The notes: a model not told the origin generated them from the letters alone. Counted from the first letter of the stretch, positions 1 to 8,590 are shown. The stretch: DNA of 13,297 nucleotides from Gemmatimonadaceae bacterium (GCA_044224875.1 JBGAJQ010000097.1:1-13297); one strand, 5' to 3'. Program-made: numbers and translations.

Positions 1-983
1 CACGGGGTCGAATTGTGACCCGCCGCAGCGTTGCAGCTCCGCGACCGTCGAATACGGCGACCCCGGGCGGTACGGGCGCACACTCGTCATGGCATCGAAG
101 GTGTCGGCCACGGCGGCGATGCGCGCCTCCAACGGGATTTCCTCTCCCGCCAGTCCGTCCGGAATTCCACGCCCGTCGAAGCGCTCGTGATGTGAGCGGA
201 CGATGTTGAGCGCCATCGGCTGCTCCGCGAGGAGCGGCGAAAGGATGCGCCAGCCCACCACGGGATGGGTCATGATGTGTTGGTATTCGTCGTCCGTGAG
301 CGGACCTGGCTTGTTGAGAACCGCTTCGCGCACGCCAATTTTCCGATGTCGTGCACGCGCCCGCCGAGTTCGATCTGACGGATGACTTCAGGCTCCAGCT
401 TCAACGTGCGGGCAATGGCGACCGAGTGCCGCGAGACGCGCAGGGAGTGGCCCAGCGTGTAGGGATCCTTGACTTCGAGCGCATCCGCCAGCGACTGGAT
501 GCTCGCGAGGAAGAGCTCTTCGGGCGGCGCGCTGCACCATGACCTTGCCTTCCAACCGCTCTTGGTAATCGCGATTCTCGATCACCAGCCGGCGTCGATC
601 CAAGGCCTGGCGAACGCGCGCACGGACCTCCTCCAGGTGGAAGGGCTTCACCAGGTAGTCCATCGCGCCCTTGCTCAGGCAGCTGACGGCCGTCGAAACG
701 TCGGCGACGGCCGTGATCATCATGACGGCCGCGTCGGGATACTGGCGCCGGAGCTCATGCAGCAATTCCATGCCATCGAGTACCGGCATGTGCAGGTCCG
801 AAAGCACCAGTGACGCCGGATGTTGCGCCATCTTGACCAACGCCGCCGCCCCATCGGGTGCCTTGCCGCAAGAAAGCCGTCCGCGCGCATGAGCCGCACA
901 AGTACGGACCTCAGATGCGGTTCATCGTCCACAATCAGGCAATGCAGCGCCGACATCGCATCGTGTCGCACGGAAGCGGTCAT
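1..983 (-). CDS. Response regulator, receiver + HD-GYP cyclic-dinucleotide phosphodiesterase domain (RpfG-like); 3' end outside window; frameshifted at about 873, 520-532 and 339-342
   Basis: Stitched by hand across frames. Receiver: CLIVDDEPHLR...LVLSDLHMPVLDG...MMITA...GAMDYLVKPF. HD-GYP: ALEVKDPYTLGHSLRV, VHDIGK(I)GV, LNKPGPLTDDEYQHIMTHP, HHERFDGRGIPDGLAGEEIPLEARIAAVADTFDAMTSVRPYR, GSQFDP. ATG at 983 is preceded by GGGGG; alternative ATG at 956. Confidence 0.88.
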
Positions 984-1063
984 CAGCAACCCCCAAACTG
1001 AGTTGACGGCGCTCCACAAAGTCGCGCCTTATCTTTTGTCCGTCGCTAACCACGAGATCGGGC

Positions 1064-2227
1064 ATGTCGCGCATTTTTGACGAAGACTTGCAGGTGGCAT
1101 TCGGAACCCGCGCGGTGCACGCAGGTCAGCGCCCAGATCCCGCGTCAGGCGCCATCATGGTGCCCATCTATCAGACATCGACCTACGTCAGGACGGACTC
1201 GGTCGCAACAAGGGATACGAGTACGCGCGGGGAAAATCCAACGCGCGAAGCGCTGGAGCGCAATATCCCCGCTCGAAGGCGGGCGGCACGGTTTCGCCTT
1301 CGGTTCGGAATGGGTTGTCTCGACTCCATCATGAAATTGTTCAAATCCGGCGATGATGTGATTTGCGCCGAGAACAGGTAATGGTGGACGCCGCGACTGT
1401 TCGACCGGATTCTCGGCAACTTCGGCCTGACCTTTCAGTACGTGGATACGCGCGACCCGCAGCGAATCGCCGACGCGATCACGCCGCGCACTCGCGCAAT
1501 CATCTGCGAGACGCCGACCAACCCCCTGATGCGACTTACCGACCTGGCGGCAGTCGGCGACATCAGCAAGCGAGCCGGTACACTCTTCATCGTCGACAAC
1601 ACATTCGCAACACCGGTGTTTCAGCGACCGTTCAGCTACGGAGCGGACATCGTCTTTCATAGCTCGACAAAGTACCTGAACGGTCACAGCGACATGGTGG
1701 GCGGTGTGGCCGTCTGCAACGACGATGACCTGGCAACCAGAATGCAATTCATCCTCAATGCGGCGGGTGCCGTGCCGGGACCGTTCGACAGCTGGCTGGT
1801 ACTTCGTGGAACAAAGACGCTTCACCTGCGAATGGCAGCGCACGATGCTAACGGTCGTAAGGTCGCCGCGTGGTTGGCGGAACGCCTAGGCGCAGAGCGC
1901 GTCATCTATCCCGGCCTTGCGTCCCACCCACAGCACGACCTCGCCAAGCGGCAGATGTCTGGGTTCGGCGGCATGATCTCGATCGAGCTCGGCACCAGGG
2001 AGCGCGCCGACCAGGTGGTGTCTCGCGTGCGGATCTTCGCGCTCGCCGAGTCGTTAGGCGGCGTGGAAAGCCTCACCTGCCACCCAGCGTCCATGACCCA
2101 TGCTTCCGTGCCCCCCGAGCGCCGGGCGGCGATCGGTATCTCAGACGGCCTCGTGAGGTTTTCCGTTGGTGTGGAGGACGTGAACGACCTTTTGGCCGAC
2201 CTCGAACAGGCCCTCCGGGGGGTGTAG
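1064..2227 (+). CDS. metB: Cystathionine gamma-lyase/gamma-synthase (Cys/Met metabolism PLP-dependent enzyme, MccB/MetB-like); 5' part (about 1188-1390) disrupted by several indels and an apparent TAA at 1379-1381
   Basis: TRAVHAGQRPDPASGAIMVPIYQTSTYV; GYEYARG (shifted frame); NPTREALE; LEGGRHGFAFGS (shifted frame); ETPTNP; IVDNTFATP; PLP-lysine motif HSSTKYLNGHSD; LAESLGGVESL; MTHAS; SVGVED. ORFs 1064-1381 and 1442-2227 share a frame. Lyase versus synthase cannot be decided from sequence. Confidence 0.88.
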
Positions 2228-2265
2228 CCCTCAGACACCTTTCGAGCGATTTTCGCGTAGGGCGA

Positions 2266-2310
2266 GAGCCGACCAAGCGCCGATCCTGGGCGCCGCGGCT
2301 CCATCTTTCT
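2266..2310 (+). terminator. Possible stem-loop or weak intrinsic terminator between the PLP enzyme and the M48 gene
   Basis: GAGCCG (2266-2271) pairs with CGGCTC (2296-2301), and GCGCC (2277-2281) with GGCGC (2289-2293), followed by CATCTTTCT. The stem is interrupted and the U-tract is poor. Confidence 0.25.
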
Positions 2311-2329
2311 CCGGGTCCCGAGGTTTCAC

Positions 2330-3340
2330 ATGCCAGAACGCACCAAGCTCACCGACATCGCTTCGACCGCGTGGGAGCACCCCGCCGACCGCGCCGCGCT
2401 GAATACGCTCAGGAGCATTCCCGGTTTTGACACGGTGGTGCGGAAGATCGCGGGCTTCTTCGGAGAGCGAGGGGTGCGCCAACTGTTCCTCGCAAACGCC
2501 GTGAAGGTAGGCCCCGACCAGCGACCGAAGCTTTGGGCTCAATATCAGGAAGTGCTTCAGACGCTCGACTGGCCCGAAGTCCCAGAGCTCTACGTCTCGC
2601 AGACTCCCTTGGTGAACGCCGCCGCCGTCGGCTTCGACAAGCCGTTCATCGTCCTCAACTCGGGAACAATCGGCCTCCTGAACGAGGAGGAGCGGCGCGA
2701 TGTGCTGGGTCACGAGCTGGGCCACATCATGAGTGGCCACACGACCTACACGACGATCGCCATCATCATCATGACGGTCGGGTTGAACAACCTTCCATTC
2801 CTCGCCGGAATGGCGCTGCTTCCGTTCCAACTCGCTCTCCTGGAGTGGTATCGGAAGGCAGAGCTCTCAGCGGACCGCGCCGGTTTGCTGGTAACGCAGG
2901 ACAAGCGCGTTTCCATGGGTACGTTCCTCAAGATGGCTGGTGGCGGCGCTGGCGATGACACGATCTCCATCGACGCGTTCATGGAGCAGGCCAAGGCCTA
3001 TGAGACCACGGACGATGTGGCGGATAAGGTCTGGCAGGTCATCAACACCGCGTTCCGTACGCACCCCTTCGGGACTGTTCGTGCCGCGGAACTTTCACGG
3101 TGGGTGGAATCCGGTGAATACGACAAGATCGTGAAGGGCGACTACCGTCGGCGATCCGACACGGCCGCTCCGCCTTTGTCCGATGACTATGCCGATGCGG
3201 TCGGTTATTACGGGGAACAGGCCCGCGGCGCAGTCGACACCCTCAGCGGAATCTTCGATCGCGCCCGTGATGCGTTCAGCACGGCCTTCAAGACGGGCGG
3301 GAATTCCGGAACGAGTGGCGAGGGCTCGACACCTTCGTGA
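2330..3340 (+). CDS. M48 family (Ste24/HtpX-like) zinc metallopeptidase
   Basis: HExxH motif VLGHELGH; third ligand motif AELSADRAGL; late THP motif; NAAAVG edge strand; GAGG ribosome-binding site at 2320-2323. Confidence 0.9.
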   Translation: MPERTKLTDIASTAWEHPADRAALNTLRSIPGFDTVVRKIAGFFGERGVRQLFLANAVKVGPDQRPKLWAQYQEVLQTLDWPEVPELYVSQTPLVNAAAVGFDKPFIVLNSGTIGLLNEEERRDVLGHELGHIMSGHTTYTTIAIIIMTVGLNNLPFLAGMALLPFQLALLEWYRKAELSADRAGLLVTQDKRVSMGTFLKMAGGGAGDDTISIDAFMEQAKAYETTDDVADKVWQVINTAFRTHPFGTVRAAELSRWVESGEYDKIVKGDYRRRSDTAAPPLSDDYADAVGYYGEQARGAVDTLSGIFDRARDAFSTAFKTGGNSGTSGEGSTPS

Positions 3341-4623
3341 AGATCCTGATTGTCGGCGGGGGCGGGCGCGAACACGCGATCGCATGGAAGCTCAAACGTG
3401 ACGACGACGCGGTTGAACTGATCGCCGCCCCCGGAAATCCTGGCATTGAACAGATTGCCAGATGCGTTCCAATTGGCGCTGCAGACACGGCCGCTCTGGT
3501 TTCACTGGCGGAGCGCGAACGACCCGACCTCACCGTTGTGGGACCAGAGGCCCCGCTTGCCGACGGCCTCTGTGATCAGCTACGCGCCAAGGGGCTTCGT
3601 TGCTTCGGGCCCAGTGCCGCGGCCGCTCGCATTGAATCGTCGAAGTCCTTTTCAAAAGCGCTGATGCAGCGCGCTGGCGTCGCCACGGCCAACGCTTCAT
3701 GGCACTCGGACGTGGATTCCGCGAAACGCGCGGTGAGAGTCTTGGGAGCGCCGGTCGTGATCAAGGCTGCTGGTTTGGCGGCCGGCAAGGGAGTGGTCGT
3801 CGCCGAAACAACAGACGACGCAGACAGGGCACTTGACGCAATGCTCCGTCAAAGAACGCTTGGAGCTGCCGGCGCCGAGGTGTTGGTGGAAGAGTTCATG
3901 ACCGGCGAAGAACTGTCGATCTTCTTCGCGACGGACGGCACCAACTTCCTCTCGATGCTGCCGGCGCAGGACCACAAGCGACTGGGTGAACACGATACCG
4001 GGCCGAATACCGGTGGGATGGGAGCGTATGCCCCGGTCTCCATTTCCAGCGCAGATCTCGTAGCCCGTGTGGGCGCTGAGATCGTTGCTCCGACGCTCGC
4101 GGCGCTTCGCGAGTTGGACACGCCGTTCAGCGGCCTGCTGTACGCTGGCATCATGCTCACTGCTGCGGGGCCGAGAGTTGTGGAGTTCAACTGCCGATTC
4201 GGCGACCCCGAGACGGAAGTGGTGCTTCCGCTCATGGAGTCGCGACTCGGCGAGATCATGATGGCAGCTTCAACCGAGAACGGCCTTCGTGGTGCGGTGC
4301 CGATCCGTTTTGCCGAGTCCGCGGCCGTGACCACGATCGTTTCCGCGCCCGGGTATCCCGACAAGCCCAAGACCGGGTCGCCGATCCGTTTTGGTCAAAC
4401 GCCGGACAACGCGATAGTCTTCCATGCCGGCACGAAGCGCGACGAATCCGGCGCCCTCTGCACCGCTGGCGGACGGGTGTTCGCGGTGACCGGGCTCGGA
4501 CGATCCATCGCGGAGGCTCGGCGAGCCAGTGAGGATGGGGTCGCAAGCGTCGCCTTCGACGGTGCGTACCACCGCAGGGACATCGGATGGCGGGAGCTCG
4601 CACGCGGTGCCGGAGCTTCCTGA
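3337..4623 (+). CDS. purD: Phosphoribosylamine--glycine ligase
   Basis: MKILIVGGGGREHAIAWKL, APGNPG, VVGPEAPL, GLAAGKGV, AQDHKR, GPNTGGMGAY, EFNCRFGDPE, HAGT, GGRV. GTG start overlaps the upstream TGA (GTGA). Confidence 0.98.
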   Translation: MKILIVGGGGREHAIAWKLKRDDDAVELIAAPGNPGIEQIARCVPIGAADTAALVSLAERERPDLTVVGPEAPLADGLCDQLRAKGLRCFGPSAAAARIESSKSFSKALMQRAGVATANASWHSDVDSAKRAVRVLGAPVVIKAAGLAAGKGVVVAETTDDADRALDAMLRQRTLGAAGAEVLVEEFMTGEELSIFFATDGTNFLSMLPAQDHKRLGEHDTGPNTGGMGAYAPVSISSADLVARVGAEIVAPTLAALRELDTPFSGLLYAGIMLTAAGPRVVEFNCRFGDPETEVVLPLMESRLGEIMMAASTENGLRGAVPIRFAESAAVTTIVSAPGYPDKPKTGSPIRFGQTPDNAIVFHAGTKRDESGALCTAGGRVFAVTGLGRSIAEARRASEDGVASVAFDGAYHRRDIGWRELARGAGAS

Positions 4624-5428
4624 GACCGAGACGATCGCCCGTGACCTCGATCGCCTGATCGTCAATCAGGCAATCGTCAGTGTGCGGACGCTCCGGTCCG
4701 ATGTTTTGCGGCTTTGCACACCCCAGTCGCTTGGCCGGCGGTTGAAGCAGCGTCGCATCGTGCGGGTCTGGCGGCGTGCGAAGACCGTGGTCATTGACCT
4801 GAGTGATGATCAGCGCCTGCTCGTGCAGCCTCGCTTTACCGGTGTATTGCGGGCCTTTGCCGAAACCCCATCGACGGAACCGGCATACGCCTGCGTCTGG
4901 TTGCAGCTGACGCAGGGTGACCTGGTCTACACCGACGTGCGTCGCCTTGGAACCTTTGCCTTGGCAAACGCGGACCAGTTCCGGCGGTTCGATCGATCGA
5001 TGGGCGTCGAGCCTCTTGACCCAGCGTTCACCGCAGCCGAATTATCGGGAATTGTTCGGGGCAGTGGCAAATCGATCAAGGGGCTGCTGATGGACCAGAA
5101 CCGCTTCGCCGGCTGCGGGAACATCTACGCCAATGAGGCGCTGTGGGGGGCTCGGATCGATCCCTCTCGTCCCGGTCGGTCCATTTCGGGCGCCGAAGCA
5201 GGGCGACTGCAAGCGTCTCTCGTGGGTGTGCTACGTGCGAGCATAGAGTCGCGCGGCACCACCTTCCGTGACTATCGAGACGCCAAAGGCGAGCGTGGGG
5301 GATTTGCGGAACGGTTGGCCGTGTATGGCCGTGCGGGGGCTCCGTGCCGCAGCTGCGGCGCTCGCCTGATCGAGACACATGCCATCGATGGCAGATCGAC
5401 CGTTTTCTGCTATCGGTGCCAGCAGTGA
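4607..5428 (+). CDS. mutM: Formamidopyrimidine-DNA glycosylase/AP lyase (Fpg/MutM)
   Basis: The start must be GTG 4607 to give catalytic N-terminal (M)PELPE; GGAG at 4593-4596. RRAK lysine; H2TH LLMDQ...AGCGNIYANEAL; GTTFRDY loop; C-terminal zinc finger CRSC...CYRCQ. Overlaps purD by 17 nt. Confidence 0.96.
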   Translation: MPELPETETIARDLDRLIVNQAIVSVRTLRSDVLRLCTPQSLGRRLKQRRIVRVWRRAKTVVIDLSDDQRLLVQPRFTGVLRAFAETPSTEPAYACVWLQLTQGDLVYTDVRRLGTFALANADQFRRFDRSMGVEPLDPAFTAAELSGIVRGSGKSIKGLLMDQNRFAGCGNIYANEALWGARIDPSRPGRSISGAEAGRLQASLVGVLRASIESRGTTFRDYRDAKGERGGFAERLAVYGRAGAPCRSCGARLIETHAIDGRSTVFCYRCQQ

Positions 5429-6579
5429 GCCCACGCGGCCGGAAGAGCCGGAGCAAGCCCAAGGCCGCGGATCCCGAACTCGAATCAGTCGCGGTCCTGG
5501 AGGATCTACTCGCCTCCCTTCGGCAACGGGTTCAGAAGGAAGCCCAGAACCGCCCGGGCGTCTATCAGATGCGCTCGCCCAACGGGGAGGTCATTTATGT
5601 AGGAAAGAGCAAGAAGATTCGAGCGCGCCTGATGTCCTACTTCCGCGGCTCATACCCGCAGGACAAGGGGGCGCGGATCGTTCGCGAGGCGGCGGCGATC
5701 GACTGGGTCTACACGCCGAGTGAGTTCTCGGCGCTACTGGAAGAGCTCCGCCAGATCAAACGCTTTCGCCCTCGTTTTAACGTGGCGATGAAGCGCGACG
5801 ACCGGAACTACGCGTTCGTGAAGTTGACCCGGAACAAGGCGCCGCGCCTGGCCGTTGTCCGGAATGCGAGTGGCGACGAGCGTGCCACGTACTACGGGCC
5901 CTTTGTGGGCGCGGCGCGCCTGCGCGAGGCGCTCCGCGAGCTGAGCGATGCGCTGGGGTTGCGCGACTGCGCGCACGACGGTCGCATGGCCTACTCGGAC
6001 CAACGGGAGATCTTCCCACCTCCGGCGCGCACGCCGGGCTGCCTGCGGTACGAGATCGGGAAGTGTCTGGGGCCCTGCGTCGCGGCGGTCCGTGAGGACG
6101 AGTACCACGAGCGGGTAGCGCAAGCTCGGGAGTTTCTGGACGGCGGCGACTCGCGTGTGTTGGATGTGTTGCAGCAGGCGATGGAGGCGGCGAGCGAACG
6201 GCTGGCGTTCGAGCGAGCGGCAGCGCTTCGCGACAAGCTGGCGCGGCTGGAGAGTCTCCGTTCGCAGTTCATGCGGCTGCGCTTTGGCGTGGAGGCCCTG
6301 ACGTTCGCATATCGGGTCACCGGTGTGGACGGCGACGACCGCGTGTATCTGGTGCGACGCGGCCGCGTGCGCGCGGAGCTGCCAGCACCGGCGGCTCCGC
6401 ACGAATGGGGCGCCCTCCGCGAGGTGGCCGAACGCCTGATCGCGCCTGACGAGCGAAGCAATGCGGTCCCCGGTCACGAGGTGGATGAGTTGTTGCTCCT
6501 GACGTCCTGGTTCCGCACACGGCCAGAGGAGTTGCACCAGACGGCGTCGCTCACGCGGATCGCCGACCTCCAGCGTTAG
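5425..6579 (+). CDS. Cho-like / UvrC N-terminal-half nuclease (GIY-YIG + Cys cluster + UVR domain)
   Basis: PGVYQM...IYVGKSKKIRARLMSYF; ALLEELRQIKRFRPRFNV; YYGPF; LRDC...CLRYEIGKCLGPC; UVR coil MEAASERLAFERAAALRD. About 384 aa, with no RNase H-like or HhH domain. GTG 5425 overlaps the mutM TGA. Confidence 0.88.
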   Translation: MSPRGRKSRSKPKAADPELESVAVLEDLLASLRQRVQKEAQNRPGVYQMRSPNGEVIYVGKSKKIRARLMSYFRGSYPQDKGARIVREAAAIDWVYTPSEFSALLEELRQIKRFRPRFNVAMKRDDRNYAFVKLTRNKAPRLAVVRNASGDERATYYGPFVGAARLREALRELSDALGLRDCAHDGRMAYSDQREIFPPPARTPGCLRYEIGKCLGPCVAAVREDEYHERVAQAREFLDGGDSRVLDVLQQAMEAASERLAFERAAALRDKLARLESLRSQFMRLRFGVEALTFAYRVTGVDGDDRVYLVRRGRVRAELPAPAAPHEWGALREVAERLIAPDERSNAVPGHEVDELLLLTSWFRTRPEELHQTASLTRIADLQR

Positions 6580-7040
6580 GTCAGCGGGACGAACTCGATG
6601 GCCGGTCGTCCCGCCGCAACGGTGAGACGGGCAACACACGGCACGATGTCGAAGCGCCGTGGGCCGGCGGCGCCAGGGTTCACGATGAGCCGGCCGTTCA
6701 CCTCGTCCAGTCGTTGGCGGTGGGTGTGCCCGTACACGATGACGTCGGCATCATAGGCATCGGCGAGACGCTCGGCCGTGGGGGCGCCGACTTCATGTCC
6801 GTGGCTGACGTGGACTCGCACGCCGTCAAACGTCCGCTCGATGGCCCCAAGCAGGCGGGGATCACTCGGGTCGTCGCAATTACCGCGTACCGCCGACACG
6901 GGCGCAATGAGCATCAACTCGTCGAGGACGTCGTCGCCGCCCACGTCGCCCGCGTGGAGAATGAGATCGACGCCCGCGAGCGCGGTATGGACGCTGGCTC
7001 GCACCTGCCCGTGCGTGTCGGAAATGAGACCGATGACCAC
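6576..7040 (-). CDS. YfcE/MJ0936-family metallophosphoesterase
   Basis: Calcineurin-like motifs ISDTHG, HAGD, VRGNCD, SHGH, YGHTH, NPGA. GTG 7040 is preferred as start (just after the ubiX stop); alternative ATG 7094 lies inside ubiX. Confidence 0.9.
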   Translation of the reverse strand: MVIGLISDTHGQVRASVHTALAGVDLILHAGDVGGDDVLDELMLIAPVSAVRGNCDDPSDPRLLGAIERTFDGVRVHVSHGHEVGAPTAERLADAYDADVIVYGHTHRQRLDEVNGRLIVNPGAAGPRRFDIVPCVARLTVAAGRPAIEFVPLT

Positions 7041-7050
7041 CGGGTACGGC

Positions 7051-7665
7051 TCAGGCGTCCAGCGACGACTCGCCCCAGCGCGGGGCGATCCCATGGTCGA
7101 CGCGGAGGTGGTCGAGTATGCGGGCCACGACGAAATCCACCAACTCGGATACCTGGGTCGGTCGATGGTAGAAGCCAGGTGCCGCCGGGAGGACCACGGC
7201 GCCCGCTCTCGTCAGCCGCAACATGTTCTCGAGGTGAATTTCACTGAGCGGTGTTTCGCGGGGTACCACCACCAGTGGACGTCGCTCCTTCAGCGTCACA
7301 TCGGCCGCGCGTTCCACCAGGGACCGCGACGTGCCGTGGGCCACAGCAGCCACGGTGCCCATGGAGCAAGGGCAGATCACCATCCCGGCGGTCCGCGCCG
7401 AGCCCGAGGCGGGGCGCGCCCCACGATCTCCGTCGTCGTAAAGCGTCACTGAGGCGTCCCAGCGGGCAGCGCCCACGTGCGCGCGCAGGGCGTCTGGGGA
7501 CGCCAGCCCCACCTCGGTGTGCAACAAACGCCAGCCATGACTCGAGACGATCAGCCAGGTGGGTTGTTCGGCCGCGGCCAGTGCGGCGATGAGTCGAACG
7601 GCGTAGGGCGCTCCCGAGGCACCCGTCACAGCCATCACGATGGGGAGTCGCGGTGGCGCTGTCAT
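7051..7665 (-). CDS. ubiX: Flavin prenyltransferase UbiX
   Basis: VTGASGAPY, PASGS, ICPCSMGT, RAADVTLKERRPL, PRETPL, HLENM, PGFYHRP. ATGA overlap with the upstream gene. Confidence 0.96.
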   Translation of the reverse strand: MTAPPRLPIVMAVTGASGAPYAVRLIAALAAAEQPTWLIVSSHGWRLLHTEVGLASPDALRAHVGAARWDASVTLYDDGDRGARPASGSARTAGMVICPCSMGTVAAVAHGTSRSLVERAADVTLKERRPLVVVPRETPLSEIHLENMLRLTRAGAVVLPAAPGFYHRPTQVSELVDFVVARILDHLRVDHGIAPRWGESSLDA

Positions 7666-8588
7666 GGAGCGCCATGCTCGAACAGCCGGCCCGCCAGCAC
7701 AAACGCGAAGAACGTCAGCGAAATGACGCCGTTCATCGTGAAGAAGGCGGCATTCAGCCGGGACAGGTCGGCGGCTCGCACCAGGCGGTGCTCGTAAAGC
7801 AGGAGCCCGGCGACTACCGCCACGCCAATCCAGTACAGCACGCCGACCGGGCTGGCCAGGCCCGCGACGGCCAGCGACGCCACGGTCAGCAGGTGCAACG
7901 CACGCGTCACCTGAATCGAGCGTGGGATGCCAAGCGACGCGGGGATCGAGTGGAGTCCATGGGCGATGTCGAAGTCATGGTCCTGCAGGGCGTACAGGAT
8001 GTCGAAGCCTCCAACCCAGGTCATGACCGCAGCGGCCAGGGCAACCAGGAGCCACCACGGCTCGCTCCACTGGCCTGTGACGGCGAGGAATCCGCCAACC
8101 GGGGCGATGCCCAGTCCAAGCCCCAGCACCAGGTGAGCCAGACGGGTGAACCGCTTGGTGTAGCTGTACCAGAGTACCCAGCCTAACGCCAGCGGCGACA
8201 ACCACAGGCACAGGGGATTCAATCGCCAGGCGGCAATGAAGAAGATGGCGGATGCGACCAGAATCGCACCGACCGCCTCCGGCACACCCAGGGACCCGAC
8301 GGGGAGCTCTCGCATGGCGGTACGTGGATTCCGCGCGTCGAGTTCCCGGTCGACAACACGGTTGAATCCCATGGCCGCGAACCGCGCCGATGTGAAGGCC
8401 ACGACAATCCACACGATGGACGACCACTCGATGGCCTTGCCATAGGAGGCAAGCGTCGCACCAACGAGGGCGAACGGCAGGGCAAACACGGTGTGCGGCA
8501 GCTTGACGAAGTTCGCATACCGGACGAACCGGGACGCCCCTCCAAACGTCTGTCCTTCACGCGGCGCCAACGGGGTGGAAGCGCGCAT
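7662..8588 (-). CDS. ubiA: UbiA-family polyprenyltransferase (MqnP-like)
   Basis: HTVFALPFAL, AMGFNRVVDRELDARNPRT, YSYTKRFT, GGFDILYALQD, AFFTMNG; multiple transmembrane helices. Context fits MqnP of the futalosine pathway. Confidence 0.93.
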   Translation of the reverse strand: MRASTPLAPREGQTFGGASRFVRYANFVKLPHTVFALPFALVGATLASYGKAIEWSSIVWIVVAFTSARFAAMGFNRVVDRELDARNPRTAMRELPVGSLGVPEAVGAILVASAIFFIAAWRLNPLCLWLSPLALGWVLWYSYTKRFTRLAHLVLGLGLGIAPVGGFLAVTGQWSEPWWLLVALAAAVMTWVGGFDILYALQDHDFDIAHGLHSIPASLGIPRSIQVTRALHLLTVASLAVAGLASPVGVLYWIGVAVVAGLLLYEHRLVRAADLSRLNAAFFTMNGVISLTFFAFVLAGRLFEHGAP

Positions 8589-8590
8589 GC

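Noticed and set aside
1003..1035. TTGACG...TATCTT sigma70-like promoter for the PLP enzyme
   Set aside because: The spacer is 21 nt, too long; the -10 alone may be real but cannot be supported.
984..1063. SAM riboswitch or T-box upstream of the Cys/Met enzyme
   Set aside because: Only 80 nt, shared with a divergent gene, and no recognisable aptamer core.
1376..1390. Stop-codon readthrough or recoding at TAA 1379-1381
   Set aside because: The surrounding sequence is a garbled VYGG motif (insertion plus deletion) in an error-rich zone.
2330..3340. M48 peptidase as the protease for the anti-sigma factor
   Set aside because: It is about 8 kb away in a different operon and belongs to neither the PrsW nor the M50 family; there is no linking evidence.
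4529..4606. ORF-track N-terminal extension of MutM
   Set aside because: Fpg needs Pro2 as the free N-terminal nucleophile, so the start is GTG 4607.
5734..6639. 301-aa minus-strand ORF and other long overlapping ORFs (8676-9665, 1145-1843, 9068-9739, 12082-12729)
   Set aside because: Shadow or alternate frames of well-supported genes in high-GC DNA; low-information translations with no recognisable motifs.
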